Shown here piece by piece: positions 19,235-28,645 of a stretch of 64,000 bases of DNA. Source of the stretch: a virus (lineage: Duplodnaviria > Heunggongvirae > Uroviricota > Caudoviricetes); IMG/VR virus record IMGVR_UViG_3300008987_000001; one strand, 5' to 3'. Positions within the stretch are counted from its first letter, which is position 1, and the number at the start of each line of letters is the position of its first letter. Under the pieces are notes generated by a model. The model was not told the origin of the DNA and made no database searches. It saw only the letters and a list, made by a program, of their open reading frames with translations. Both the position numbers and the translations under genes were made by a program.

Positions 19235-20329
19235 GGATTACTTTTTTTATACAATTATTTATTTGTTGAGTTCACCGATTGAACAATTATAAAGGATTGT
19301 CATGACTTAAGTTCACTGGGGTCGTCCTTATATATAAAGATTGTGTTGGTAAGTAAGGAAGTTGCTTCGTCAAGGCACTTTTGGGTGCAAAGTGGGGTGT
19401 GGTGAAATGCAAACTCGATGATTTGGGCTTGGTTACAAAAAATCCAACAAAGGGTTTATATACTATTAGTTACATACCTCTACAACAGGATAGATGAGAA
19501 TTAATATATATAGCGGGATGGTTTAAAATGTTGTTTTCTGTTATATGGATGTTAATTTTATATTGGGGGCGTATAGCCCTTCCAATTTTAAAAATGACAG
19601 ATAGTAGTAAGTGGTTTGTGCGATAAAATAAGGCTAAACTGGTTGTCCTTTGCCTTTTGCCCTATATATATATATATGAGGGCCCAAAACCGGGTTGTCT
19701 CCTTCCTCCGATTTCCAACCCATTTTGTTTACCTTTCAAAATTACGGGTATTTTAGTCATCTTTAAGTTGGCCAACCAGTTTAACTTTGAGAGATCCACT
19801 ACTTGAGAATAAGTGACGCCACGCTCAATTCCCACGTAAACTGGTGCGCTTCTGATTTCAAGACCAGAAATGATACCTGTGCAATATCACCGATCTCGCG
19901 ATCCAATTAGTGACAATTGCATTATTCTCGATTCGCTGATCGTGGTCCATTTCTCGCTTGAAAAAAAAAAAGTGCGTTGTTGTGATCTCGAACGGGCCGC
20001 TCCCCTAGATAAAATAACCCAAAAATCCTTTAAACCTCTTAAATTTTCTACAGACAATTTTTATGAAGACTTGGATTCTCCACCATTTAGGGCTTTAAAT
20101 CGAAAAATATAGAGCCCGGTATGGGCTTGAATTTTGAATATTCGATTTGATGTGAGATTATACAAAAACACTGATTTTAATTAGAGATTTTCACTAGCAA
20201 CAGAGTTGTGAAAAAAGTGACGCTGCTATCGTTTCAACATTTTTTGGTCACATGAGATCCGGAATGCGGTCCCATATGAAGCCCTTTTGCTGAACAAATG
20301 ATGGTGCAAAGAACAGGTTGTCTGATGCG

Positions 20330-20410
20330 CTTGACAAAGAAACAAGGGAAGAAGATTCCCCCGTGGTCAATGGAGTGATTTCTGCCCTGTGTTTGTCAGT
20401 CGGTGTCGAC
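20330..20410 (-). ncRNA. Putative small RNA, family member 3 (shares the 3' part only)
   Basis: TTATATATAA at 20431-20440; minus-strand GGGGGAATCTTCTTCCC hairpin, then TTTGTCAAG. Confidence 0.4.
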
Positions 20411-20460
20411 AATATACTTGGATCATAATGTTATATATAACTTGACATGCCAAAGGATCG

Positions 20461-20590
20461 CGGGTAACTTAAGGGTATTTTTGCCCGGTAACTCTATGGA
20501 TCTATCTACGATCGGATTAACGGTTAGATTACCGATAACTCTAACAAAAAATTTGCCGGTAACTTGGACGATAATTTCGCCGGTAACTCT
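20461..20590 (+). repeat. Five copies of (C)CG(G/A)TAACT(C/T)T with about 24-bp periodicity
   Basis: TAACT cores start at 20465, 20489, 20536, 20560 and 20584 (spacings 24, 47, 24, 24). Confidence 0.8.
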
Positions 20591-20757
20591 GATGTTTTTT
20601 TCGATGTTCGGATGGACGATCTGCCTGACGGTTCCACCGGAAAAACCTGGATTTCCACTGGAGTAACACGAAAATTTTTATTCGTATTAAAATATAAAAT
20701 GAGAAATATAAAATTATTTTTATAAAAGTATTAAAATATTAATTGACAAATATAAAC

Positions 20758-21247
20758 ATCAATGTACATATTTATACATATGCACATATATGATCATGGA
20801 TGTACAAAAATATACATATGTATAAAGATGGTTATCAATGTACACATTTATACATCATACGAATATGAAATTTTTACATACAAAGTATTACGAAAAAGTG
20901 AATTCGTATGATCATAAGAAATTGATATTTTGTAATACTCCGTAACACTAAAACATAAATTCGTATGATCATAACAATTGATGAATTCGTGTTATTTGTT
21001 GTTACGAAATGTATTAATCGTATGATCATAACAATTCATCATTTAGTATTATACAGTATGAATAAAGTTAAGATTAGTGTTACTGGTATCTTTTCTATAC
21101 TGATAACACGAATTGATCATTTAGTATGAAAGAATGTTACGAAAATTCAAATTAGTATGATCATACGATTTGATCAATTCGTATGAAATAGTATTATGTT
21201 TTTGAAAAATGTGTTACCAGTATCTTTTCTATATCAGTAATACGAAT
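20758..21247. repeat. AT-rich block with palindromic TATGATCATA repeats and duplicated elements
   Basis: AATTCGTATGATCATAA at 20901 and 20958, variants at 21016 and 21155; ATCAATGTACA(T/C)ATTTATACAT at 20758 and 20835; GTGTTAC..GTATCTTTTCTATA....TAA.ACGAAT at 21078 and 21211. Confidence 0.8.
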
Positions 21248-22135
21248 AGTTTTATTTTTCATACTTTATTTATGTATGGTCATAATGTTTTAGATGGTTC
21301 ATACTTTTTTAGACTTATCAAACATTTTTAGAATAATCTTAAATTTAATTATTTTTATAAAAGTCATCACAATATATAATGATTAATCATGATAGATTGG
21401 GGCTTCCCGTGCCGGTTTGTGACCATAGGTTCATGAATGTAATTCTCTGCGTGAATTCAATATTATTTTTGATTTGAGAGGTTGCACACCCATTGATTTC
21501 ATAGACTGTCTATATTGATGGATACTGCACACCCTTGTATGAATGCATGGCTACATTTATGATCAATCCTGATAGCCTTGTGGTGCGTTATGGTGCATTT
21601 TGGGATAGGTCAATAGGGCATTCTCCTATTTTATATATGTGAGTTATATATAATTGGTTTTATACTTCATACGATGTATTACGATTAGTTATATTGTTAT
21701 GCGTATTATATTAGTAGACCTGGATATAACCAGGATGAGCCTGGATTTCAATTTAGAGGTCAAATCGTTGTCAGATTATCATTTTTGATCGAAGAGTTTC
21801 AAATCACACATATACTATACGCATTTTTCGATTGAAGGTATATAAAGCCGATATCTATATATAGCATTGACGATAATCTTTATGGGTAGATGTTTAGCCT
21901 CGCACTGACATCTAGCACAACCCTTCTCCTGCTCCTCATGATGCATACTCTATGAGGGAGAAGTATACCGGCAAAAATCGAAGTAGGAGCGAATAGGATT
22001 CTTCTTTTGGGAACAGTCGATTTTTTAGCGCGTGATGACCTTAAGAGCCCTATCAATGGCCGAAAAGATTCAAAAATTAAACCTTATGCTTTTTCGCACA
22101 TAAAGCCTCTTTATCGGGCGTGGAGTGAAAGAAGT

Positions 22136-22330
22136 ATGCAAGTGTTCAAAAATGAAAAAAAGGCAAAATATGGAAATATCGAAATATGGAAATATATTTC
22201 CTATAATACCGACTGGGGAGTATATCTCTTTATTGGTGATGAATTGATCATGAGTAATTATTTTGAGACTGAAGAAGAAGCGGAGAAGAAATTTTTGTTG
22301 GTATGTGAAAAAATGGAAAGAGTGATTTAA
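22136..22330 (+). CDS. Small hypothetical protein (likely start 22136; YFETEEEA motif)
   Basis: ORF track 22007..22330; the N-terminal part lies in A-tract non-coding-like sequence. Confidence 0.55.
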   Translation: MQVFKNEKKAKYGNIEIWKYISYNTDWGVYLFIGDELIMSNYFETEEEAEKKFLLVCEKMERVI

Positions 22331-22481
22331 ATGATTATTGAAGGTTGCATAGGGTTTTTTACCCTAATGTTGTTTGGGTATATGAGCATAATCTATTTTC
22401 GGGTTATGCTCTTTCATCAGTATAGGTTTTAATTACCTTTTTGGGATTGAAGGTTAAAAATCCCACAAAAATGAAAAAGGA

Positions 22482-22913
22482 TTGATTAAAATGAGTAAAG
22501 ATGTTTTAATAAGAAAAATTCTCTCTGGAATGGAATATAAAGAAGATATCAGAAATGGAATATGGGTTAACAATAATGAAACCTATCAGGAGTTCTTCCA
22601 TCACTGTCATTCTGATATGCTTCCTGATGACCATAAGTATAGAATGATACATTCTATCCTTCAAGAAATGGATGATAATGAGGAGTATGAAGATCTTGAT
22701 ATCGATAATTTGATACCTATCTATACATATGAGTTAACCTCATGGCTCGAAAGCAACATATCACGCTTATCATACTGTGATGACTACCTTCAAGAGTATG
22801 GTGAAATATCAGATACCATAAGTCTCTTATCAGGTGGTTACATGATGGAATTACAAGAGGTCTATGGTCTGATTGTTGAATGGATTGATGATAACACTGA
22901 TGAGGAGGAATAA
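22482..22913 (+). CDS. Acidic Ocr (T7 gp0.3)-like DNA-mimic candidate
   Basis: Very D/E-rich; IDNLIPIYTYELTSW resembles Ocr ADNAVPHYYADIFSV; acidic tail DDNTDEEE. Confidence 0.5.
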   Translation: MIKMSKDVLIRKILSGMEYKEDIRNGIWVNNNETYQEFFHHCHSDMLPDDHKYRMIHSILQEMDDNEEYEDLDIDNLIPIYTYELTSWLESNISRLSYCDDYLQEYGEISDTISLLSGGYMMELQEVYGLIVEWIDDNTDEEE

Positions 22914-22914
22914 A

Positions 22915-23424
22915 ATGGTTAATTCAATTTTTGATGAAAAAATAGGGATTGAAGTGCGTTACGGCACTATTTACGGTAATGATGTGAGCTCTTTCGCACT
23001 TGATGACATAGTAACAAATGGAATAGACTTAAACCATGAAGAAGCACTAGAAACACTGAAAGAGGATTTTAAAAATCTCATTGATGAATTCCTATCTGAT
23101 AATTACCTAAATGATCATTATGTAGATATTGATCAGATGTTTGAAGGTATTGAGTCATCCTTCAATGATACCTATGAATCTAATGATTCAACATATCTGT
23201 ATGATCAGGATGGTTATATCATAGAGTTTCATACCTATGATAATAGCCTCATAATCCTGAAGTCTCCCTTTGTGTGTTATAGTGCACCATGTTCACCTTG
23301 TTTCCAAAATGGTGGCTATATCAAAGATAAAGGTAGTGTCTTATCATATTGCCTTGGTAGTGATTGGTATGATCAGGAATATCCTTGTGAGAATGAACCA
23401 ATTGCAATTGAGAAGGTGGTATAA
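22915..23424 (+). CDS. Acidic hypothetical protein with a CSPC motif (likely start 22915)
   Basis: D/E-rich; CYSAPCSPC...YCLG; GAGGAGG SD upstream of ATG 22915. Confidence 0.7.
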   Translation: MVNSIFDEKIGIEVRYGTIYGNDVSSFALDDIVTNGIDLNHEEALETLKEDFKNLIDEFLSDNYLNDHYVDIDQMFEGIESSFNDTYESNDSTYLYDQDGYIIEFHTYDNSLIILKSPFVCYSAPCSPCFQNGGYIKDKGSVLSYCLGSDWYDQEYPCENEPIAIEKVV

Positions 23425-24174
23425 ATGTCTAATGATATATTGACACGTGAAAAGAATGACAGACCGACAAATGAAGGAATGATAAGAGGGATTGAAATGA
23501 GTGAAATTATAAAAAGGATTCAAAATATGGATCATTTATCTTTTTGGTGCTATAATCATTATGATTCATCAATCAGAGACTATATTCAGGATATACCGGT
23601 AGATAAGTCTGTTTATTGGTCAGATCTTGAAAAGATTGATAATCCTGATTTATCTGATCTTGAGAATATATATCTCATGCATGACTATACCCAAATGGGT
23701 GATTACGGGGGTAGTTTGGTAGAAAAGGCCAATTACGAAGTATTGACTGATGAATATGGATTTATAAAAGTATTTGGTGGTTATGGATCAATTAGTTGTA
23801 TGATCAGTATACAAAGTCTGATCGATATGCCAGAAGATAAATCAGATGCCATATTGGACGTGTTAGAAGGATTATCAGATTATCCTTTGATTGATGATGA
23901 TGAATTAAATCAACAAGAACAAGAACAGATAGAAGAATCATGGAATAACTGGACAGAATATGATTTTAAGCGTGCAATAGGCGCTAAATTCGATATTGAC
24001 CTTGATGATTATGAATATGATGATTTAAGACCTTTATTCGATGAATTATCGAAAAAGGCTAATGAATATTGGATTAATGAGTCTGGTTATGATATGTGGA
24101 TCAATGTTGAAAAGGTAGTCAATGCGTTGACCTTTGAACAATTCAATCAATTTTTCAGGGTGATCAGTGAATGA
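23425..24174 (+). CDS. Highly acidic hypothetical protein (DYGGS.VEKAN...DYPLIDD motifs)
   Basis: ORF track; start directly abuts the previous stop. Confidence 0.75.
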   Translation: MSNDILTREKNDRPTNEGMIRGIEMSEIIKRIQNMDHLSFWCYNHYDSSIRDYIQDIPVDKSVYWSDLEKIDNPDLSDLENIYLMHDYTQMGDYGGSLVEKANYEVLTDEYGFIKVFGGYGSISCMISIQSLIDMPEDKSDAILDVLEGLSDYPLIDDDELNQQEQEQIEESWNNWTEYDFKRAIGAKFDIDLDDYEYDDLRPLFDELSKKANEYWINESGYDMWINVEKVVNALTFEQFNQFFRVISE

Positions 24175-24371
24175 ACAGCCATGAAATTGACAGGTTGCGC
24201 TCATCCTATCATTACTATAGAAAGAAACCTGATCTGTTGAGTATTTGCAGATCAGAAGTGATCAAGGAAGAAATAGAACGATTAAAGAGCATAAATAAGA
24301 CAGATCGTGAAAGTGAGAAGAAAAGGGTGTTTTTGAAACAATATCCGGAGTATAAGGAGAGGTTGAAATGA
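24171..24371 (+). CDS. Small basic hypothetical protein
   Basis: ORF track; ATGA overlap. Confidence 0.6.
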   Translation: MNSHEIDRLRSSYHYYRKKPDLLSICRSEVIKEEIERLKSINKTDRESEKKRVFLKQYPEYKERLK

Positions 24372-24604
24372 GAGATTATGTATTCGTCTATCTGGTGGAT
24401 CCATATGGCAACATACGGTTAAGGTATACAAGGTTTGATCGTATACCTATGAAATATCAATACGATATGAGGGATATAGAAGCGTATATGATGAAAAAGC
24501 ATGGAAAAGGTTATTCTTTCAAAGTATACGAAATATGGAAGAGTGACACGTTTGATCACTGGGATTATATGGCAAAAATGTATCCCAAAAATATAAGGGT
24601 ATAA
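24368..24604 (+). CDS. Hypothetical protein
   Basis: ORF track; ATGA overlap; GGAGG SD. Confidence 0.65.
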   Translation: MRDYVFVYLVDPYGNIRLRYTRFDRIPMKYQYDMRDIEAYMMKKHGKGYSFKVYEIWKSDTFDHWDYMAKMYPKNIRV

Positions 24605-24769
24605 TCATGACTGTTATACATCCAAAAAGGCCAAATAAAACCCTATATAGATTCTTAGGCTCATTTAGTTGTTTATCTGATTATCATGACTGGATGATGA
24701 GCAATTACATATTTGAGCATTATATCGTCAAAAAAGGGTTCAAAATTGAGTTATGGGAAAAGTGTTAAA

Positions 24770-24997
24770 ATGAAGTTATTCAATAAACAACCAATAAATA
24801 CCCCTAAAAAAGGTATTGAATTGAAATTTGAACATATCCGGAAACAATTCTATAGAGGAGTTGTTTTCTGGAATGGAGAAGAAATACAGTCTGTAATGTT
24901 AAAAGAGAGTGAAATTAAAGACTTCACTCAAAAATTTGAAAATTTGTTTAGATTTGACGATACAGATGCGTATATGGATTTAATCATGATTGATTAG
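24770..24997 (+). CDS. Hypothetical protein (likely start 24770)
   Basis: ORF track 24713..24997; a 53-aa ORF ends just before ATG 24770. Confidence 0.55.
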   Translation: MKLFNKQPINTPKKGIELKFEHIRKQFYRGVVFWNGEEIQSVMLKESEIKDFTQKFENLFRFDDTDAYMDLIMID

Positions 24998-25582
24998 ATC
25001 CAATTTTTTTTTCGATGTTGGACTGGAAATATAGGTGTTTCCACTGAAGACATCATAGAGGTATCTATATCATAATGAGATGTGATCATACCGATACAAG
25101 GGCAACATATGATCATGGATTTTAAGGGCCTTGTATGCAGACTCAAAAGGTTATACTGATCAAACCTCATGGCCATTGCCCGCCTGCCCTGCCTGCCTGT
25201 CCGAGGGAAGCAGAAGGTGGAAGGAATGATCCTATGTGGGGTATATATACTTTGTTATTTACTTCATGAAAGGTTAGATTTATATATGGGGGCAGTAACA
25301 CGCGGGCATCATTTCGTAACAATAAAGGTGCATGTTGTATTAGTATATATAGATGCCGACGCGCGGGCCCTGGTCATTCCGCGCTGGTTAACTAGGCGAA
25401 AAGTATATATAGAATAAAAAACACGAGTAGATCCGCTTCGGAATAGTGTAGCAGGTCATTCTACTTCGATTTCCATCCAATATAATCTGTCAAACGACTC
25501 CATAACATTTATCAAACGACAATACAATCATTCATTATGCATAAATTATATCATGTTACAAAACTGATGGGAGGAAAATATA

Positions 25583-25789
25583 TTGCTACTTACCTGTGAG
25601 TTTTGTCAAACGACTTTCGAAACATATCTCAATGAACTGAAACGTGGCCGTGGCCAATTTTGCTGCAGGAGTTGTGCTGGCAAATTCAAGCATAAAAAAC
25701 CACACCCAATGATCTGCAAAACCTGTGGTCGTTCATACATGTCTTACACAGGCAGATTATACTGCTCAAATAAATGTGCTGAAATATAA
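25583..25789 (+). CDS. Small double treble-clef Zn-finger protein
   Basis: CEFCQTTF...RGRGQFCCRSC and CKTCGRSY...YCSNKC; same repeat type as 17988..18881; GGAGG SD. Confidence 0.7.
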   Translation: MLLTCEFCQTTFETYLNELKRGRGQFCCRSCAGKFKHKKPHPMICKTCGRSYMSYTGRLYCSNKCAEI

Positions 25790-25920
25790 TATAGAGTGAA
25801 AATTAATATTACAATTCACAACCTAATCAAAACTACCCACAATCAATCATCTAACAATAATATTACAATTCACAATTTATCTACACCCCCTTTATACATG
25901 GTAAACCCACACCACTACTC

Positions 25921-26187
25921 ATGGACCTCATTACAATTTTAGGGGCAGCAGTTGTAGCAATCGGCGCAATCACCCCAATAATCGTGAAGTATTATAATCG
26001 GGCAGACAAATACCTCACCGTCCTTCAGATGTTCCTTGATGGGTACCGCGAGTTTCTGGTCGCACGTGCTGATGGGACCGTGTCCGACGAGGAATACATC
26101 AAACTCGGCAAAAAGTATGAATCACTTGTAATTGCAGTAGATCAAGCAATTGACATCCCAATCAACATCTTCCCAAAAAGTGAGTAA
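25921..26187 (+). CDS. Small N-terminally anchored membrane protein (holin-like candidate)
   Basis: N-terminal hydrophobic helix plus amphipathic helices; preceded by the late-type promoter CCCCCTTTATACATGGTAAA. Confidence 0.5.
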   Translation: MDLITILGAAVVAIGAITPIIVKYYNRADKYLTVLQMFLDGYREFLVARADGTVSDEEYIKLGKKYESLVIAVDQAIDIPINIFPKSE

Positions 26188-26361
26188 ACTTTAGATTATC
26201 ACCAACATTAATATATATGTGTAACAAGTATAGTCCATAGAACATTCATATTTGTTTCAAAAAATTAATATATGTGTAGTATATATACATATCGAGGCAA
26301 CGTATCCTCCATGGATACCAAACCCTTTGTACAAAGTATAAACTCTCGAGGTAACCAACTC

Positions 26362-26778
26362 ATGACTAACTTCATCATTAAAGGTATCGCACCAGATACT
26401 GAAAATGCAACTGTAAACACGACTAAACCTGGGAAAGGTCCACAGAAGACCCTCACCATGACCAAAATCCAGTTAGTTGGCAACGCAAATGGCAAACTGT
26501 TCCTTGCACTGGACGATGTAGATCCAACCACACCAAATGCAATTGGTATGATCTTTGATGGCCAACAGGTCCACATCCGTAAAAACAAGCCATTCATGTC
26601 CACTGACACTGCCGACGAAACTGAAGGTCGCACGAAAGCCTATGCCTTTGACATCCCAATGCGATTCATCGAAGGACCAGCAACCCACACCATTCAGTTC
26701 CTCCTTGGTACAATGCAGAATGAACAGTTCATTGAAGAATCTAAAAGTGAGATCTACAACCTGATCATCACCGAGTAG
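26362..26778 (+). CDS. Beta-rich hypothetical protein (likely start 26362)
   Basis: ORF track 26272..26778; GAGGT SD upstream of ATG 26362. Confidence 0.65.
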   Translation: MTNFIIKGIAPDTENATVNTTKPGKGPQKTLTMTKIQLVGNANGKLFLALDDVDPTTPNAIGMIFDGQQVHIRKNKPFMSTDTADETEGRTKAYAFDIPMRFIEGPATHTIQFLLGTMQNEQFIEESKSEIYNLIITE

Positions 26779-26931
26779 ACAAAATCCATTCTGCACCCTC
26801 TATTTTTCACACAACAAAACTTGAGTAGATATTACCAAACGATCACCCACACACATCCTTATATATAACCTATAACCAACTTGCTCCATCCACCCATTAA
26901 ACCTATATACTTCCCCGTCCTATATATCCAT

Positions 26932-27594
26932 ATGTTACTACCAGACATTATTGGATATACCGTTATGATATTCATCATACTATTTGCCTTTAGCCTCATC
27001 ACAGCCCGCTACGAGATCCTCATGGGGCTGATCCCCCTTGCAATCATACTGCACCTCATCTTTGCAACCTGTACCTTTTACATTCCACCAGACTCCTATG
27101 GCTACACTGATAACACCATTTACCCCCCAACCCACCAGTCCTTCAAATTCCCATGGGAGTCCATAACCATCATAAAGCATAAATACGCTGACATTAAACT
27201 TAAATTCACCACTCACACTTCCGACAACTACGAACTGGTCCACACCTTCGAACTGAACAGTTGGAAATGGGATCCGCGAATCTACCAGTCCAAATACTCC
27301 CATAACACCCAGAATTACATTGACCAAGAAGTTAAGCGCCTCTCACCAATCGTAGATCGTGTTATGTCAACCATTTCATCCCGATCATTCTATTACGATG
27401 GCGAAGGTGCCAACCAACAGATCCGTAAAGCCCTCATCCCCAACTTAAACCTCAATGGCCTCACATACGATCCCGGTCGTTACCAAACCGACGACTACAA
27501 ATTCATCAATTACTTTAGTGGAGGCACCGGATTAAACAAAATCGAGGACAAATACATCTGTGAAGAATACTGGGGCCTTTGCAATAGTATTTAA
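26932..27594 (+). CDS. Membrane protein, possibly SPFH/band-7-like
   Basis: Two N-terminal TM segments, then YIPPDSYGY (compare SPFH V.PG..GV) and helical segments; TATA about 30 nt upstream. Confidence 0.45.
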   Translation: MLLPDIIGYTVMIFIILFAFSLITARYEILMGLIPLAIILHLIFATCTFYIPPDSYGYTDNTIYPPTHQSFKFPWESITIIKHKYADIKLKFTTHTSDNYELVHTFELNSWKWDPRIYQSKYSHNTQNYIDQEVKRLSPIVDRVMSTISSRSFYYDGEGANQQIRKALIPNLNLNGLTYDPGRYQTDDYKFINYFSGGTGLNKIEDKYICEEYWGLCNSI

Positions 27595-27803
27595 CTTTAC
27601 CTAAAAATCAACTACTTTTATAATCGCCCACTTATTATATACAACCACAACTTTGCGCTACACTCTATCCATCACTTCAAATCACCCAAAATCTCACTAA
27701 TTCACCATAACATTTATATACTTAAACTACACACCATATAATGTCAAGGATGCGTGCGATTACAATTCGCCCCCCTTACATAGAACTAAAAGGACATATT
27801 ATC

Positions 27804-28007
27804 ATGACTCTACCAATTGCAACTACAGAACGTGTGATTCGTGAAGCAGGCGTCAGCCGTATCTCAAGTGAGGCAACCAAACTCATTATTGACAGTGCCG
27901 AATCATACATCAAATCCCTTGCTACCAGATCATACTCGTATGCAACCCATGCTGGCCGCAATACCCTCAAGGACAGTGACGTCAGGGCAGCCCTCGGCAT
28001 TGAGTAA
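27804..28007 (+). CDS. Archaeal histone (HMfA/HMfB family); alternative start 27741 adds 21 aa
   Basis: MTLPIATTERVIREAGVSRISSEA...HAGRNTLKDSDV is in register with HMfB (LPIA, R10, G16, R19, H49, G51, R52, T54, K56, D59). Confidence 0.92.
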   Translation: MTLPIATTERVIREAGVSRISSEATKLIIDSAESYIKSLATRSYSYATHAGRNTLKDSDVRAALGIE

Positions 28008-28113
28008 AGTGCTTAACTTTTAACCAAAGTCAATCAAGTTCATAGAGGTCCGTGATCAACCATAAATGATCACAAGACATTTTTATTACAATTTTATAAA
28101 AAAAGTAGTGTAA

Positions 28114-28455
28114 TTATTCGTCCATTGCTTCTTTTATACTTTCCACACTTCTCCACCCATCAATCAGTTCCATAACCTTCTCAAGGATATCCACACCAAT
28201 TCTACTCGGCTTATACAGCACATCCCGACCATGGCCAATTTTTGTGACGAATCCACCATCAATTAACTCCCTGACAACCTTTTCATGGCCAATTTTATCC
28301 TTTTCAATCGGCCCATCTTCATAGATCCGCACAAAAACATCAAACGTACGTCTATTCAATGCACAAAAAACGTCCCTATAATCTAAATAACTTCGCCTAC
28401 ACATAACTATATATAAATTGTATACATCAACTATATATACATATGCCAACAACAC
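28114..28455 (-). CDS. Winged helix-turn-helix transcription regulator
   Basis: Helical core, then LIDGGFVTK...VLYKPSRIGVDIL wing motif typical of archaeal wHTH proteins. Confidence 0.65.
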   Translation of the reverse strand: MLLAYVYIVDVYNLYIVMCRRSYLDYRDVFCALNRRTFDVFVRIYEDGPIEKDKIGHEKVVRELIDGGFVTKIGHGRDVLYKPSRIGVDILEKVMELIDGWRSVESIKEAMDE

Positions 28456-28645
28456 AAACTATATAAGTAGTAAGCCGCAACATATAGGCTCCATGTCCAC
28501 AGACCGAACAACTAACCGAGCAATCTTCTTGACCCTGCTCATATTCGCCCTAGGCATAATTCTGCACTGCACCGGCCATAACACGCACACCGCAGATCAA
28601 CCCACTATAAAAACGCCGCCCCTGAAAACAAGTTGGTCCACCATG

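Larger units (their letters stand above)
19255..22000. other. Large non-coding control region (putative origin and/or genome-end region) at the divergence of the two gene arms
   Basis: No credible ORFs over about 2.7 kb; genes point away on both sides; iteron-like repeats, an AT-rich block, A-tracts and a (TA)n palindrome. Confidence 0.6.

Noticed and set aside
20403-20666. 87-aa ORF (and 19870..20112) in the control region
   Set aside because: It translates the iteron repeats, has no SD and no protein-like features; likely spurious.
19255-22000. CRISPR or mini-CRISPR array in the repeat-rich control region
   Set aside because: The repeats are 10-36 bp, degenerate and irregularly spaced, without constant 30-40-bp unique spacers. 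No cas genes are present.
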